A DNA stretch of 63,589 bases, counting the filler, from Chiloscyllium plagiosum (taxonomy: Eukaryota), in the NCBI RefSeq assembly GCF_004010195.1. It is 3 parts of 2 records of this genome, joined end to end, with 100 filler letters (N's around TTAATTAATTAA, not from the genome) between each part and the next. Parts side by side here need not be neighbours in the genome. Positions count along the whole stretch, not along the records: positions 29,932 to 61,227 come from NC_057714.1; 2 more parts are not named here. The stretch is one strand, 5' to 3'. Positions 49,440-61,327 of the stretch are shown here, piece by piece (the stretch's first letter is position 1; each line of letters begins with the position of its first letter). Below the pieces are notes generated by a model that saw nothing but the letters and a program-made list of their open reading frames with translations, was not told the DNA's origin and made no database searches. The position numbers and the translations under genes are program-made.

Positions 49440-49975
49440 ACTGATGCCAGTGTCCCATAAATCCGAACCCATTTCTCTCACACCAATCTTTGAGCAAAGC
49501 ACTAACTCTTTTATCTGTTGAACCTCTGCCAGTTAGCTCATGGTTCATTCCCGATTACAGCTATATTTCGTTATTCTCTCTCCTCTTGAATGGTCCACAG
49601 TACTATGGTGCTATGATTAGTTTCCTCATCCTCTCTACAGCTCCTGCTGTCATCCATACAGGGAGCAAGAATCTAAAACCTGTCATACATATTCATGGAC
49701 TGACGCTCTGTCGGTATCCCTCTACCTGCCTCGCTCGTGCTCACACCCTCCTGACCCTGACCACTGAATTCGAGGTGGTTAATTTAGGCGGTGTGCCTAC
49801 CTCCCGAAACACAGCACCCAGGTAATTCTCCCAGACCATGACGTGTTGCAATGTTCGAAGCTCTAACTCCAGCTCATCAACTGTGAGCTGGAGTTCCTCA
49901 AGAGGTCTGCACTTGCTGCAGATGTGGTCACGAGGAACCACAATGGGGTTCAACAGCTCCCACATCATGCAGGTA
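49440..49975 (-). mobile_element. CR1 ORF1 fragment (zinc finger / coiled coil)
   Basis: MMWEL...DHICSKCRPLEELQLTVDELELELRTLQH. Confidence 0.7.
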
Positions 49976-50307
49976 CAATACTGGCCTTACCCTGCAACTC
50001 TACTTTATATAACTAATTTTTAAAAAAAATTTCCTACTGGTCTTTTTATTTTGTCTATAACTCTGTTAATATTTGTCCTATTTAACTCTGAACATGAAAT
50101 TACCTATACTAGTCAGATTAGCAGTTATCACCAACCAATGAAATGACTGTTTTCCTGTGATTTCACTCCTCCTTTTGTGCTGAGTCCCCAGTCCTGGGCT
50201 TTAACTGATCCTGTTTAAACTTAAACTGTAAAAGCCAGCAGAAACCACCTCTATCCCTCTGCACCAAATTCCCACGCTGTCACCAAAATCCCCAAAGTGT
50301 ATATATA

Positions 50308-50455
50308 CAGGAACTTCGATTATCAGATTATCCAGCAAGATCACAATGTCCCGATGCTTGGCTAAACTATGTTATCCGGCATTCGATTATCCGGAATTCG
50401 ATTAACTGAATGAAATACGCCCTGCCCGTGTTCTTTGCATAATCGAGTTCCTCTG
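50308..50455. mobile_element. Tigger/pogo-type MITE
   Basis: TA|CAGGAACTTCGATTAT ... ATAATCGAGTTCCTCTG|TA: imperfect TIRs, TA target site, internal TTATCC repeats. Confidence 0.7.
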
Positions 50456-51399
50456 TAGTCACTCAGGCTGTGTCTCACTCCTAATTTGATCTCTCCTTCC
50501 TGACGATGCAAAGTCTGCTGATCTAAGAGACGTTTTGGTGATGATAACCCCACCATTATTGTGATAGTCTGGTTGCTGGAACTCGTAGCCAGGCGGAAAG
50601 CTTCAGTTAGTGGGAAGGTATCATCATCCCTCAAACAGGTTTCTGCTCTGGCTATGATGTTGAAGTAAAGACCATGTGCACAAATTAATGGAGATCTTGG
50701 ATTGCGATGTAGACAGTGGCAGTGATAACTGATTTGTAGCAGAGTTCAAAAGGTTAGCAGTTTGGGAAGATTAACTTGGTGACATTGGTGAGATTAACTG
50801 TTAGTAGGCCAGCTGGGTGTGAGGTTCAGCAGAAGGGTCGGAATTGCAGTTGCATCCAGTCTGGCCACTATTGTGAGTACCTCAATGAGCCTTTTGGGAG
50901 TTCCCAAAAAGTCTCAGAAGGAACAGTATCCAGAACAGTATCCAGAAATTGGCTGTATCTGGGACAGCAGCAAGAGTGTAGGAATGTCATGGAATACTAT
51001 ACCATTGGGGTAGGAATTGTGGAGCATAGCATACCTGGGTCAGACAAAATTGAAAGGAGGCATAATGATAGAGAGGGACCGAGGAGAGAGGTAAGCAATA
51101 GTGTTAAAAATAGTAGAGGAAACTAGAAGCAATGGAAATAAATATGAGCCACACCAGGAAACTTCCTACTTTCCTCACCTTGCATCTCTCTTCTGAATTT
51201 CCAATCTATACAGCTCAACTTGGATCAGATTCACAGGAGTTGCACAAGTACTTGATGTATCCTTGATCTTCAGATTGTACTTGAAACCCAGAATCCAGCA
51301 ACACTCCTGTTAGCCCCTGTCCCTGCTATTCTATGTTACTTATATTTCCAAGTGGGTGGTTTGGGTTGAACTCAGTCCAGATAGAAATGTACAATTTGG

Positions 51400-52780
51400 A
51401 AAGCCTTAGATTAATTAGACACAGGTCGCCATTGGTTTTTTAAGCAAAGGTCGTATCTTGATTCAAAACTTTGAGGAGGTAACAATTTTTGTGATGCTTG
51501 CTGTAATCCACATAGATTTTAGAAAGGCTTTTGACAAGGTCTCACATGGCAGACTGATAAGAAATGTGGAGCTCCGTGACATTAATGGGAAAATGGCTGG
51601 TGGATCCAAAATTGGCTCATTGGCAGAGAGCAAAGGATAATGTTCAATGAGTTTTGTGACTGAGTCGTTGTCTTCAGTAGGGTTCTGCTGGGTTCAGTAC
51701 TAGGTTCACTAAGTAAACATTGATGGTTTAGAACTGATTATAAACATGATTAAACTGTTTTGAGGATGATACAAAAATTAACTTTAGGTGGTTATAACAC
51801 AAGAAACAACCAATTTGCAGACAGCTAGAAGTTACAATGAACTTTTTTTCTACAATAGCCAGGTTATTTGACTGGTCAGTGTGTTGGAAGATGAATATTG
51901 TCTTAGATGTCAAGAATTTATCTGCTCTTCTTCACATAGTGTCTTCATTTGGATCATGCTCCTTAAAGCCTACTACTTTAATCACATGTCCTAATATCAT
52001 CTTGCATGATTTGGTGTCAAACTTAGTTTTGCTTTAGGCTTGTGAAGTGATTAATTTGGTGGGATAAGGGCAGAGAGATGACACAAAATACCCGGTGGGA
52101 TTCTACAGGGGGTGCAGGAGCAGAAGGCCTTGAGTGTATATCAGTATAAATCACTGAAGGTGAGAGAGAAGTTAATTAAGCATACAGTATCCTAGGCTTT
52201 TTTAAAATAGGGGCATGGAGTGCATGAGCAAGGAAGTGATGTTAAGTTTGTATGAAAGAGAAGCTTTTGCTGAAGTGTAACGTTCAGTTCTGCAATGCCA
52301 CACTTCAGTAAAGATGTGAAGGTATTGGAGAGAGTGTAGAAAGACTCACATAATGATTCCAGGAATGAGGACCTTGCATAGAAAGATTGAGGAAGTTGGG
52401 ATTGTTTTCCAAGGAGAAGAGAAGATTTGGAGCAGATTTAATAGAGGTTTTCAAAATCAGGAGGAACTTAGACAGTATAGATAGGGAGATACTTCCAATT
52501 GACTGAAGAATTTGAGAATTGGCAGGGTAAGGTCTAAGGTGTGAAAAAGCAACAGTGACATGTGTAGAAACTTTTATATGCAGCAAGTGTTTGGATTGAA
52601 GGTACTGCCTGAAAATGGGGCATTTGAGGCTCTCAAGGAATTAGATTGGTACCTGGAAATAAAAATACAATGCTATGTAAAGAAGGTGGGGGTATGGCTC
52701 TGATTTTTTTGTTTTCTTCAGAAAGCCAGCACAGAGACAATGGGCTGAATGGCTTCCTCCTGTGCTGTAACCATTCTATC
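51400..52780 (+). mobile_element. Decayed CR1-type LINE RT/3' end
   Basis: IHIDFRKAFDKVSHGRL; 3'UTR gggctgaatggcttcctcctgtgctgtaaccattcta. Confidence 0.7.
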
Positions 52781-53088
52781 TGATTCTGAGGTTACCCTCT
52801 TTTTGCAGTGCTTTGAGATGTTTCACCATGTTGAAGGTGCTGTAAAATTGCAAGGTTTTATCATCATGAGAGCACTTAGGAAGGCAGTTTAACACCTGGT
52901 CTGAGCAATGGCAATTTTGCAAGTGTAAAACCCCATCAATATACTGGGAGTTTTGGCCTGGATTATATGCTTGACCTGTAGAGTGGGGCTTGAATGTGGA
53001 GTCTTCTGCTTTGGGATTGCACTGAGCCACAGCTGACATCATATTAAGCTGAAAGTCCAACTGGCATCACTTTTTCTCTCCCCATCAG

Positions 53089-53301
53089 GTCATGTCATGG
53101 ATCCTATTTGTTGGAACGCTGTCATACGTGAAGGTGATGATTGGTATCATTCTGCGTGATGAAGGTCACAGTGCCCTCGTCTGGTGTGGAGCAGTGGTGC
53201 AACTGGGCTCTATGTTGGGGGCGCTCACCATGTTCCCCCTGGTCAGCATCTACAACCTGTTTCAATCTGGTGACCCATGCAACACCAAGTGCTTTCTGTA
53301 A
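53089..53301 (+). CDS. slc52a3: SLC52A3-like last coding exon (213 bp)
   Basis: ttttctctccccatcAG|GTC ATG TCA TGG...; [70 protein letters not shown] matches the SLC52 C-terminus. Total CDS is 1392 bp from 41913. Confidence 0.95.
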   Translation, partial: VMSWILFVGTLSYVKVMIGIILRDEGHSALVWCGAVVQLGSMLGALTMFPLVSIYNLFQSGDPCNTKCFL

Positions 53302-54038
53302 TTGACACCTACAGACAGTTGGAGGGCAAAATAAAATAAAAAGGTAGCAATAGACTGGAGATTAAGGAGGACCTACAACCTATTTATTCGTACCATGGGG
53401 AGATTACGGTGCAGATGTCAGTCAAAGCATCTGTCTCAAGTATTTGCCATCCCTAGGTAACATTAGAATTTACTGAGGTTGGAGCGATTTCTCCCAGTAT
53501 TATGTCATAATTTCAGAGGTGAGAATGGAGGTCAGCAAGAGCCCCAGAGATGCAATCATTTCTTCCCATCATGTCCATATATTCAGAAAAGGGTGGCAAC
53601 CAAAGTGATGCATTGTTCTTGGGAATTTTAATTTATCAAAAAAAGGTTTGAATTGGTTGCTTTGTTCAATTCGTAGAATGCTAGTTCTTCTGTTTCTATG
53701 GAAGGGAAGTAAAATTAAATGAAAGATTGTATGCCTAGGCAGGGATAGAATCAGTGGAAGGACCTTTGAGGGACCATTCTCTTTGAGCAAAAATGGAAGG
53801 TATTCTGCTCAGAGTATGATGCTGCATAATTTTAAAATGTAAAATTAAATGAGATAAACTGTATTTTTCTCTACCTTGGTCTCTGATTTATTCCCTTCTG
53901 TTGCCTTTATCCCAACTCTTGCCATTAGTGTATTAAGAAATATTTAATGACTCATCCTCTGCTTCTATTTTTTAGTGATTTTAATTAAAGACTTGACAGA
54001 TTTTATTTCAAACTGGCTTGGCATACAAAATATTACAC

Positions 54039-54044
54039 AATAAA
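54039..54044 (+). terminator. Candidate polyadenylation signal of slc52a3
   Basis: AATAAA about 740 bp after the stop in AT-rich unique sequence, followed by a GT-rich tract near 54107-54123. A proximal AATAAA pair also lies near 53329-53341. Confidence 0.45.
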
Positions 54045-54227
54045 GTATCTGTCAAGAGTAAATAACACTCTTTGCATTTGGAATGTTTACTGTGGTTCAA
54101 TTTAAATTGATGTTTTGTGTTTGATCCATTAAAAAACTTCCCCCTTCTTTGGTATTACAAAGTATTTTGCTCCTTTCCATTCAACGCTGTAGATTCCAGA
54201 ACATTTCAAAGACCACCAATGAAAGTA

Positions 54228-54432
54228 GCTGGAAATGTGTTGCTGGAAAAGCGCAGCAGGTCAGGCAGCATCCAGGGAACAGGAGAATCGATGTTTCGGG
54301 CATAAGCCCTTCTTCAGGCTTATGCCCGAAACATCGATTCTCCTGTTCCCTGGATGCTGCCTGACCTGCTGCGCTTTTCCAGCAACACATTTCCAGCTCT
54401 GATCTCCAGCATCTGCAGACCTCACTTTCTCA
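54228..54432. mobile_element. Palindromic Penelope pLTR mini-element (near-perfect hairpin)
   Basis: ~80-bp arms agctggaaatgtgttgctggaaaagcgc...cataagcc and ggcttatg...acacatttccagct; flanking atgaaagta duplication. Confidence 0.85.
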
Positions 54433-55274
54433 CCTATGAAAGTATACAAATGTAGAAAAGCAACAGTCAATGGTGATCAAGAGCACTGAATTCCAATACA
54501 GTGCAATCACATGCACCAACCATCTACCATTTAACCTCTCAATCTGTAATGGGAAATTAACTCAAAGGGAGAGAATTGCTACCAACTTATAATTTCTCTC
54601 TGAACATCTTTGGCAAACAAGAAGGAATTGCAATTCTCAAGCACCTTTTGAGGATCAGGTATCTTAAAACACTTTATTAGTGAGCCAAAGGGTCTGTTAC
54701 TGTGCTGTGTGACTCTATGACTTTATTGGTCATCACATCAGAGAGAAATCACCTGAACTCCATTTATAGTGCCATGGATTTTTTTTTTACATCCCTCTAA
54801 GAGGTTAGAATCTGCCTTGGTTTAATCTCCGATGAAAAAAAAAGCACATTGACATTGCACTTCATGCCTTAGTGCACAGGTACAGGCCTCTGGGCTGGAA
54901 CCTGAATCCACAATCTCATAATTCAGAGGAGAGCTACCCATAGCTGACACCTAAATGTTTAATTTTGATACTGGGAAAATGAAGATCAGGCTCCCTAGAT
55001 TATTCTGTTTTACCCTGGATGACAAAGCAGTCAGATCCTTCATTTGCTAAAACTCTTTTCTATTCCAGATTCATCCTGGAATGGAGAAATTCCATAGCTT
55101 GGTTTCATACTGCAAACCATCTTCTTAAACTCCTCTCCAAACCTCCAGCTTCATTTTCAACGATAGGTGTGAAAAATTCTTTGCAACGAAGGTTAATATA
55201 ATCTGATCAGCTGTTACTGTCACATCTCTTCCTTCCATTAGACCCTGTCCTAGTCTTAAAATAGTACTTTTCGA

Positions 55275-56320
55275 GTCTGACAGCACAGAGGCAGGTCCTT
55301 TGGCCCAAACTGGTCCACACCGACCAAAATGTCCATCCTCACTAAACCCATTTCCCTGCACTTGGCCTATATTCTACTAAACTTTTCCTATCCATGTATT
55401 TGTCCAAACACCTTTTAAATATTGTTACTGTACTCATCTCAACCACTTCCGCTGGCAGCTCGTAGCACCCTCTGTGTTAAAAAGTTTCCCCTCAGGTTCC
55501 CTTTTATTGTTTCCCCTCTAACTGATGCCCTCCAATCCTTAATTCTCCAACCCTGGGAAAAAGACTGAGTGAATTCATCCTATTCATGCTTCTCATGATC
55601 TCATACACTTTTATAAGACACCCCCTCAGTCTCTTACACTCTAAACGAAAAAGTACTAGCTTGTCCAACTTCTCCCTATAACTCAATCCTTTGAGTCCTG
55701 GCAACCTCTTTGTAATTTCTTATGCACTCTTTCCAGTTTAATAACGTATTTCCAATAGCAAGGTGACCAAAACTGAACACAATACTCCAAGTTGCAGCCT
55801 CGCCAACATTCTGTACAACTGCAACATAACTTCCCAACTTCTTTACTCAATACCCAGACTGATGAAGGCCATTGTACCAAAAGCCTTCTCTACTGTTCTG
55901 TCTGCCTGTGACTCCACTTTCAGGGAACCGTGCACCTGAACGCCAAGGTCCCTCTGTTCCTTCTTCAGTAAATTCCTGTATCCCTTTTATACCTCCTGGG
56001 ATTCCCTTGATCCCAGCTGCCTGTACCTGAGCCAAGTCTTCTCCTTTCTGGTCAAAGCCTCAATATCTCTTGTCATCCATAGTCGTGCCAGCCTTGCCCT
56101 TCACCCTCACAGGAACATCAAGACCTTGAACATTAGCTGCCACACTTTTAAAGGCCTCCCACTTGACGGAGGTCCCTTTGCTTACAAACAAACTACTCCA
56201 ATCAATCCCTGCAAGCTCCTGACTGATTCCATCAAATTTCACCATGCCCCAATTTAAAACTTAAACCTTGGACCAGTTTTGTCCTTCTCCATAACTCCTT
56301 AAAATTAATAGAACTATGGT
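55275..56320 (-). mobile_element. Decayed CR1 LINE pieces
   Basis: LEYCVQFWSP...KLERV; FDGISQELAGIDW...KWEAFK. Confidence 0.8.
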
Positions 56321-57286
56321 CACTTTTCTCTCATTTCTATTTCATTCACCTTTATTATTTTTGGGCTCATTTTGTCATTTAAACTCACCTTCTGCTCTCT
56401 ACCTTCTTTCTATTAAGTACTGATCACTTAATCTTCACACTTGATTCCAATGTTGTCTAGTAGTTTTAGCAATTCGTCCTCTTAAGATATTGTCCCCCTC
56501 TTCCTCAAGGAAGGGGTCACCAACCTTCTTAGAAATTCCTCTCCACTTTCCCTTTCCTCTCTCAAGTCCTTGAACATTTTACCTCCTGCATCTTTATGTG
56601 CTATATTTCCTCTGTATGCATGTCCATATGTCCACATACTTTGGGGAAATAAGTTGCTGTTTTAAGACGTGTGTGAAATCTTTAGTGATGTTACTGTGAT
56701 AAACTGTATTTTCTAGTCATTCCCAGCCTCTCTGCAGCCTTTAACATTGTTAACAAAAATCATCCTCCTCCAATAAATCTCCATTATCTTCCAACATGGG
56801 ACAAGAGGACCTGCTCTTTCCTGGTTCCATTCCTATCCTAAGATAATTGCTTGGTAGTACTGACCTTAAACATTGCGTAAATGGAAGAGATGTTGAAGCT
56901 AATCATTCAAACAAGGAACGAGCATGACCCTTCAAGCCTGCAATGCTATTGAATAAAATGATTTTAGCATCAACTCTATATCCGCGCACACTCATGATAA
57001 TCTTCCATCACGTTGGTATCTACCTCTACCTTAAAAGGTGCTACATTCACTGCCTTTTGAGGAAAGGAATTCCAAAGCCTCTCAACCCTCTGACAGAAAA
57101 AGAATTCTTATTTTGATTCTACATGGATGACCTCTTTTTTTTTCACATTGGCCTGATCAATTCCTCTCAGGATCTTGTATGTTTCAATTAAGTCAACTTT
57201 GACCATTCTAAACTCCAGAGGATACAAAGCCTATATTGTCTAGCCTTTCCCCATAAGGCAAATGACTCATTCTAGGAATTAATTGA

Positions 57287-57506
57287 GAAGTATGGCGCTG
57301 GAAAAGCACAGCAGGTAAGGCAGCATCCAAGGAGTAGGAGAGTTGACGTTTTGAGCAAAAGTCCTTCATCAAACCCATTCCTGATGAAGGACTTATACCC
57401 GAGACGTCGACTCTCCTGCTCCTCGGATGCTGCCTGACCTGCTGTGCTTTTCCAGCACCACGTTTCTTGACTCGGATCTCCAGCATCTGCAGTCCTCACT
57501 TTCTCC
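57287..57506. mobile_element. Palindromic Penelope pLTR mini-element
   Basis: Inverted arms; TSD cattctaggaatta. Confidence 0.8.
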
Positions 57507-57789
57507 CATTCTAGGAATTAGTCTAGTTTTTTTTTAAAAAGTGGATACTGGAGATCAGAAAAAAACGCAGAGTGCTGGAAAAACGTAGCAAATTTGGCTG
57601 TTTTTAAAAATTAATTTGTGGGACTTGGGCATCGCTGGCTAGCCAGCATTGATACCCGTCCCTATTTGCCCTTAAGAAGGTGGTGGTGAGCTGCCTTCTT
57701 GAATCGCTGCAGTCCAGTTTTGACCCAATGACTGTGAAGGAACGGCAATATATTTCCAAGCCAGGAGTATCTGGAATAAGGTAGGTGAG

Positions 57790-60588
57790 CTTGCAGCATG
57801 GATAGTTACCTGGGACTTCAATGTTGTGGCCATTTCTAAGACGTGGATAGAGCAAGGTCAGGAATGGATGTTGCAGGTTCCAGGGTTTAGATCTTTCATT
57901 AAGATCAGGGAAGGTGGTAAAAGAGGAGGAATGTGGCTTTATTAGTCAAAGACAGTATAATGGTGGCTGAAAGAAATTTTGACGAGGACTTGTCCACTGA
58001 GGTGGTATGAGTTGAGGTTAGAAACAGGAGAGGAGAGGTCACACTGCTGGGAGTTTTTTTATAGGCCTCCGCAAAGGTCCATAGATTAGAGGAGAGGATT
58101 GGTATATTGGTTCTGGGCAGAAGTGAAAATAACAGGGTGGTCATTATGGGGGACTTTAACCTCCCCAACATTGATTGAAAATGCTACAACTATTATGCTG
58201 GATGGATCAGTTTTTGTCCAATGTGTGCAGGAGGGTTTCCTGGCACAGTATGTCAAAGGGCCGACAAGAGGGGAAGCCACACTAGATCTGGTATTTGGTA
58301 ATGTACCAGATCATGTGTTATAGATGGGGGAAGGGCAATTATAATGCGATTAGGCAAGACTTCGGAGGCATAGAATAGGGCAGCAAAATGCAGGGGATGA
58401 GGACAATCAAAATGTGGAGCTGGTTTAAGGAACAGATACTGCGTGTCTTTGATAGATAGGTCCCTGTCAGGCAGGAAGGAAGTGATAAGATAAGAGAACT
58501 GTGGTTTACTAAAGAAATTATATCTCTTGTTAAGCAAAAGAGGGAGGCTTATGTAATGTTGAGACAAGATAGTTCAGATGAGGCGATGGAGAGTTACACA
58601 TTAGCTAGGAAGGATTTAAAGAGAGAGTTAAGAAGAGCAAGGAAGGGACATTAGCAGTCTTTAGGAGGTAGAATAAAGGAAAACCCTAAAGCTTTCTATA
58701 GGTATGTGAGGAAAAGAAGGATGACAAGGGTGTTGATGTCTGCTTTTTTCGACAAATCTGGACGACACAAGTTTCTGTTCAACAACAGTAGCTTTATTAT
58801 CGGATAGCCAGCAAGAGATTCAAAGCATCACTAAAGTGGCCGAGTTCCTACTTGTAGCAGCTCTTCTTCACGAATCTCTTACTTACACCCAGAGACAGTA
58901 TATTTTATAGGAATTGAACAAAGACTTATTAGTCACACGGATGATTGACATCACATAAGTTAAAGCAGGCAATTATAATTTTACAAAACCTGATGAATGT
59001 CGATGTCCTGTAATAATGTGTGAATGGACAATAGAAACCGATTATCATATCTTCCATGATTATGTGTTAATGGAAAGGAAGTAAAGCAGAAAGGTTTTGC
59101 CTGCCACAAATGGGGAACTCACATACCTATGCTAATATGGAGCTGAAAATGTGTTGCTGGAACAGCGCAGCAGGTCAGGCAGCATCCAGGGAATAGGAGA
59201 ATCGACGTTTCGGGCATAAGCCCTTCCTCGGCCTTATCCCCGAAACATCGATCCTCCTGTTCCCTGGATGCGGCCTGACCTGCTGCGCTGTTCCAGCAAC
59301 ACATTTTCAGCTCTGATCTCCAGCATCTGCAGACCTCACTTTCTCCTATGCTAATATGGAGATGAGGTAACGGGGGGGGGGGGAATTTACATACCTATGC
59401 TAATATGGAGGGGAAGTGAGACAATGGGAGAGGGAGGCAGCTAGCTGGGTTGGGCCCAAGGCTAGTAGTCCTGGCTGGAAAGGACAAAGGTTTTGTCTAG
59501 GCTTACTTGGAATGGGGGAATCCACATGTGTGGTTTGAAAGAGTACAGGCTTTCAGTTGCTGTTGCAGTAAGTTTTTTTTTGGTAGTGAGATTTTTAACC
59601 AGAAAGTTCCCAAAGTGCCCTGGAAGAGAAGCAAAGCATGGAACTGACCCTCCCCCCTTGACATTTTAACTTCCTCAACGGTAGGAATAGAGCCTGTGAA
59701 AGACAGAAGTGGGAAGTTGTGTATGGAGCCTGTGGAGATCGGAGAGGTGCTAAACGAATATTTCTCATCTGTTTTCACTCAGGAAAAGGAGAATATTGTA
59801 GAGGAGAAGACTGAGATCCTGGCTATTAGACTTGAAAGGATTGAGGTTAGTAAGGAAGGGGTGTTATCAATTCTAGAAAGTGTGAAGGTAGGTAAGTTCC
59901 CTGGGCTGGATGGGAGTCTTCTGAGAATTTTCTGGGAAGCTAGGGAGGAGATGGCGGAGACTTTGGCCATGATCTTTGAACCGCCATTGTCTACAGGTTT
60001 AGTATCCGAGCACTGGAGGATTGCAAATGTTGTGCCCATGTTCAAGAAGGGCAGTAGAGATGACCCAGGTAATTATAGGCCAGTGACCCTTATGTCTGTT
60101 GTAGGAAAAGTTTTGGAAAGGATTATAAGAGATAGGATTTACAATCATCTAGCAAGCAACAATTTGATTGGAAATAGTCAACATAGTTTCGTCAAGAGCA
60201 GGTCATTGTCTCACAAACCTCATTGAGTTTTTTGAGAAGGTGACCAAGCATGTGGATGAGGGTATGGCAGTTGACGTGGTGTGCATGGACTTCAGCAAAG
60301 CCTTTGATAAGATTCCACATGGTAGGCTATTGGAGAAAATGCGGAGGCATGGGATTGGAGGTGATTTAGCAGTTTGGATTAGAAACTGGCTTTCTGTAAG
60401 AAGGCAATGAGTGGTGCTTGATGGAAAATATTCAGCCTGGAGTCTGGTCACTAGTGTGGTGCCACAAGGGTCTGTTTTGGGACTATTGTTGTTTGTCATT
60501 TCTATAAACAATTTGGACGCAGGCATAGGTAAATGGGTTAGTAAGTTTGCAGATGACACTAAAGTTGGTGGATTGGCAGACAGTTTGG
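57790..60588 (+). mobile_element. CR1 LINE ORF2 (endonuclease to RT) interrupted by an LTR-like insertion
   Basis: FVQCVQEGFLAQYVKGPTRGEATLDL; WRIANVVPMFKKG...PGNYRPV; MDFSKAFDKIPH; PQGSVLG...FADDTK. Confidence 0.9.
58731..59680 (-). mobile_element. Probable solo LTR
   Basis: Ends TGTTGA...TCAAC(G); minus-strand TATAAAA at 58909-58903 and AATAAA at 58798-58793; interrupts a CR1; contains a PLE hairpin at 59142-59345. Confidence 0.6.
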
Positions 60589-61227
60589 AAGCACAGAACA
60601 GGCCCTTCAGCCCACGATGTTGTGCCGACCACTGATCCTCATGTATGCACCCTCAAATTTCTGTGGCCATATGCATGTCCGGTAGACTCTTAAATGTCCC
60701 CAATGACCTTGCTTCCACAACTGCTGCTGGCAACACATTCCATGCTCTCACAACTCTCTGTGTAAAGAACCTGCCTCGGACATCCCCTCTATACTTTCCT
60801 CCAATCAGCTTAAAACTATGACCCCTCGTGTTAGTCATTTCTTCCCTGGGAAATAGTCTCTGGCTATCGACTCTACCTATGCCTCTCATTATCTTGTATA
60901 TCTCAATTAGGTCCCCTCTCCTCCTCCTTTTCTCCAATGAAAAAGGTCTGAGCTCAGTCAACCTCTCTTCATAAGATAAGCCCTCCAGTCCAGGCAGCAT
61001 CCTGGTAAACCTCCTCTGAACCCTCTCCAAAGCATCCACATCTTTCCTATAATAGGGCGACCAGAACTGGACGCAGTATTCCAAGTGCGGTCTAACCAAA
61101 GTTTTATAAATCTGCAACAAGATCTCACGACTCTTAAACTCAATACCCCTGTTAATGAAAGCCAAAACACCACATGCTTTCTTAACAACCCTGTCCACTT
61201 GGGTGGCAATTTTAAGGGATCTATGTA
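60589..61227 (-). mobile_element. Young CR1 LINE 3' end
   Basis: Open 181-aa frame LVRPHLEYCVQFWSP...RGDVRGRFFTQRVV plus 3'UTR. Confidence 0.92.
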
Positions 61228-61327
61228 NNNNNNNNNNNNNNNNNNNNNNNNNNNNNNNNNNNNNNNNNNNNTTAATTAATTAANNNNNNNNNNNNNNNNN
61301 NNNNNNNNNNNNNNNNNNNNNNNNNNN

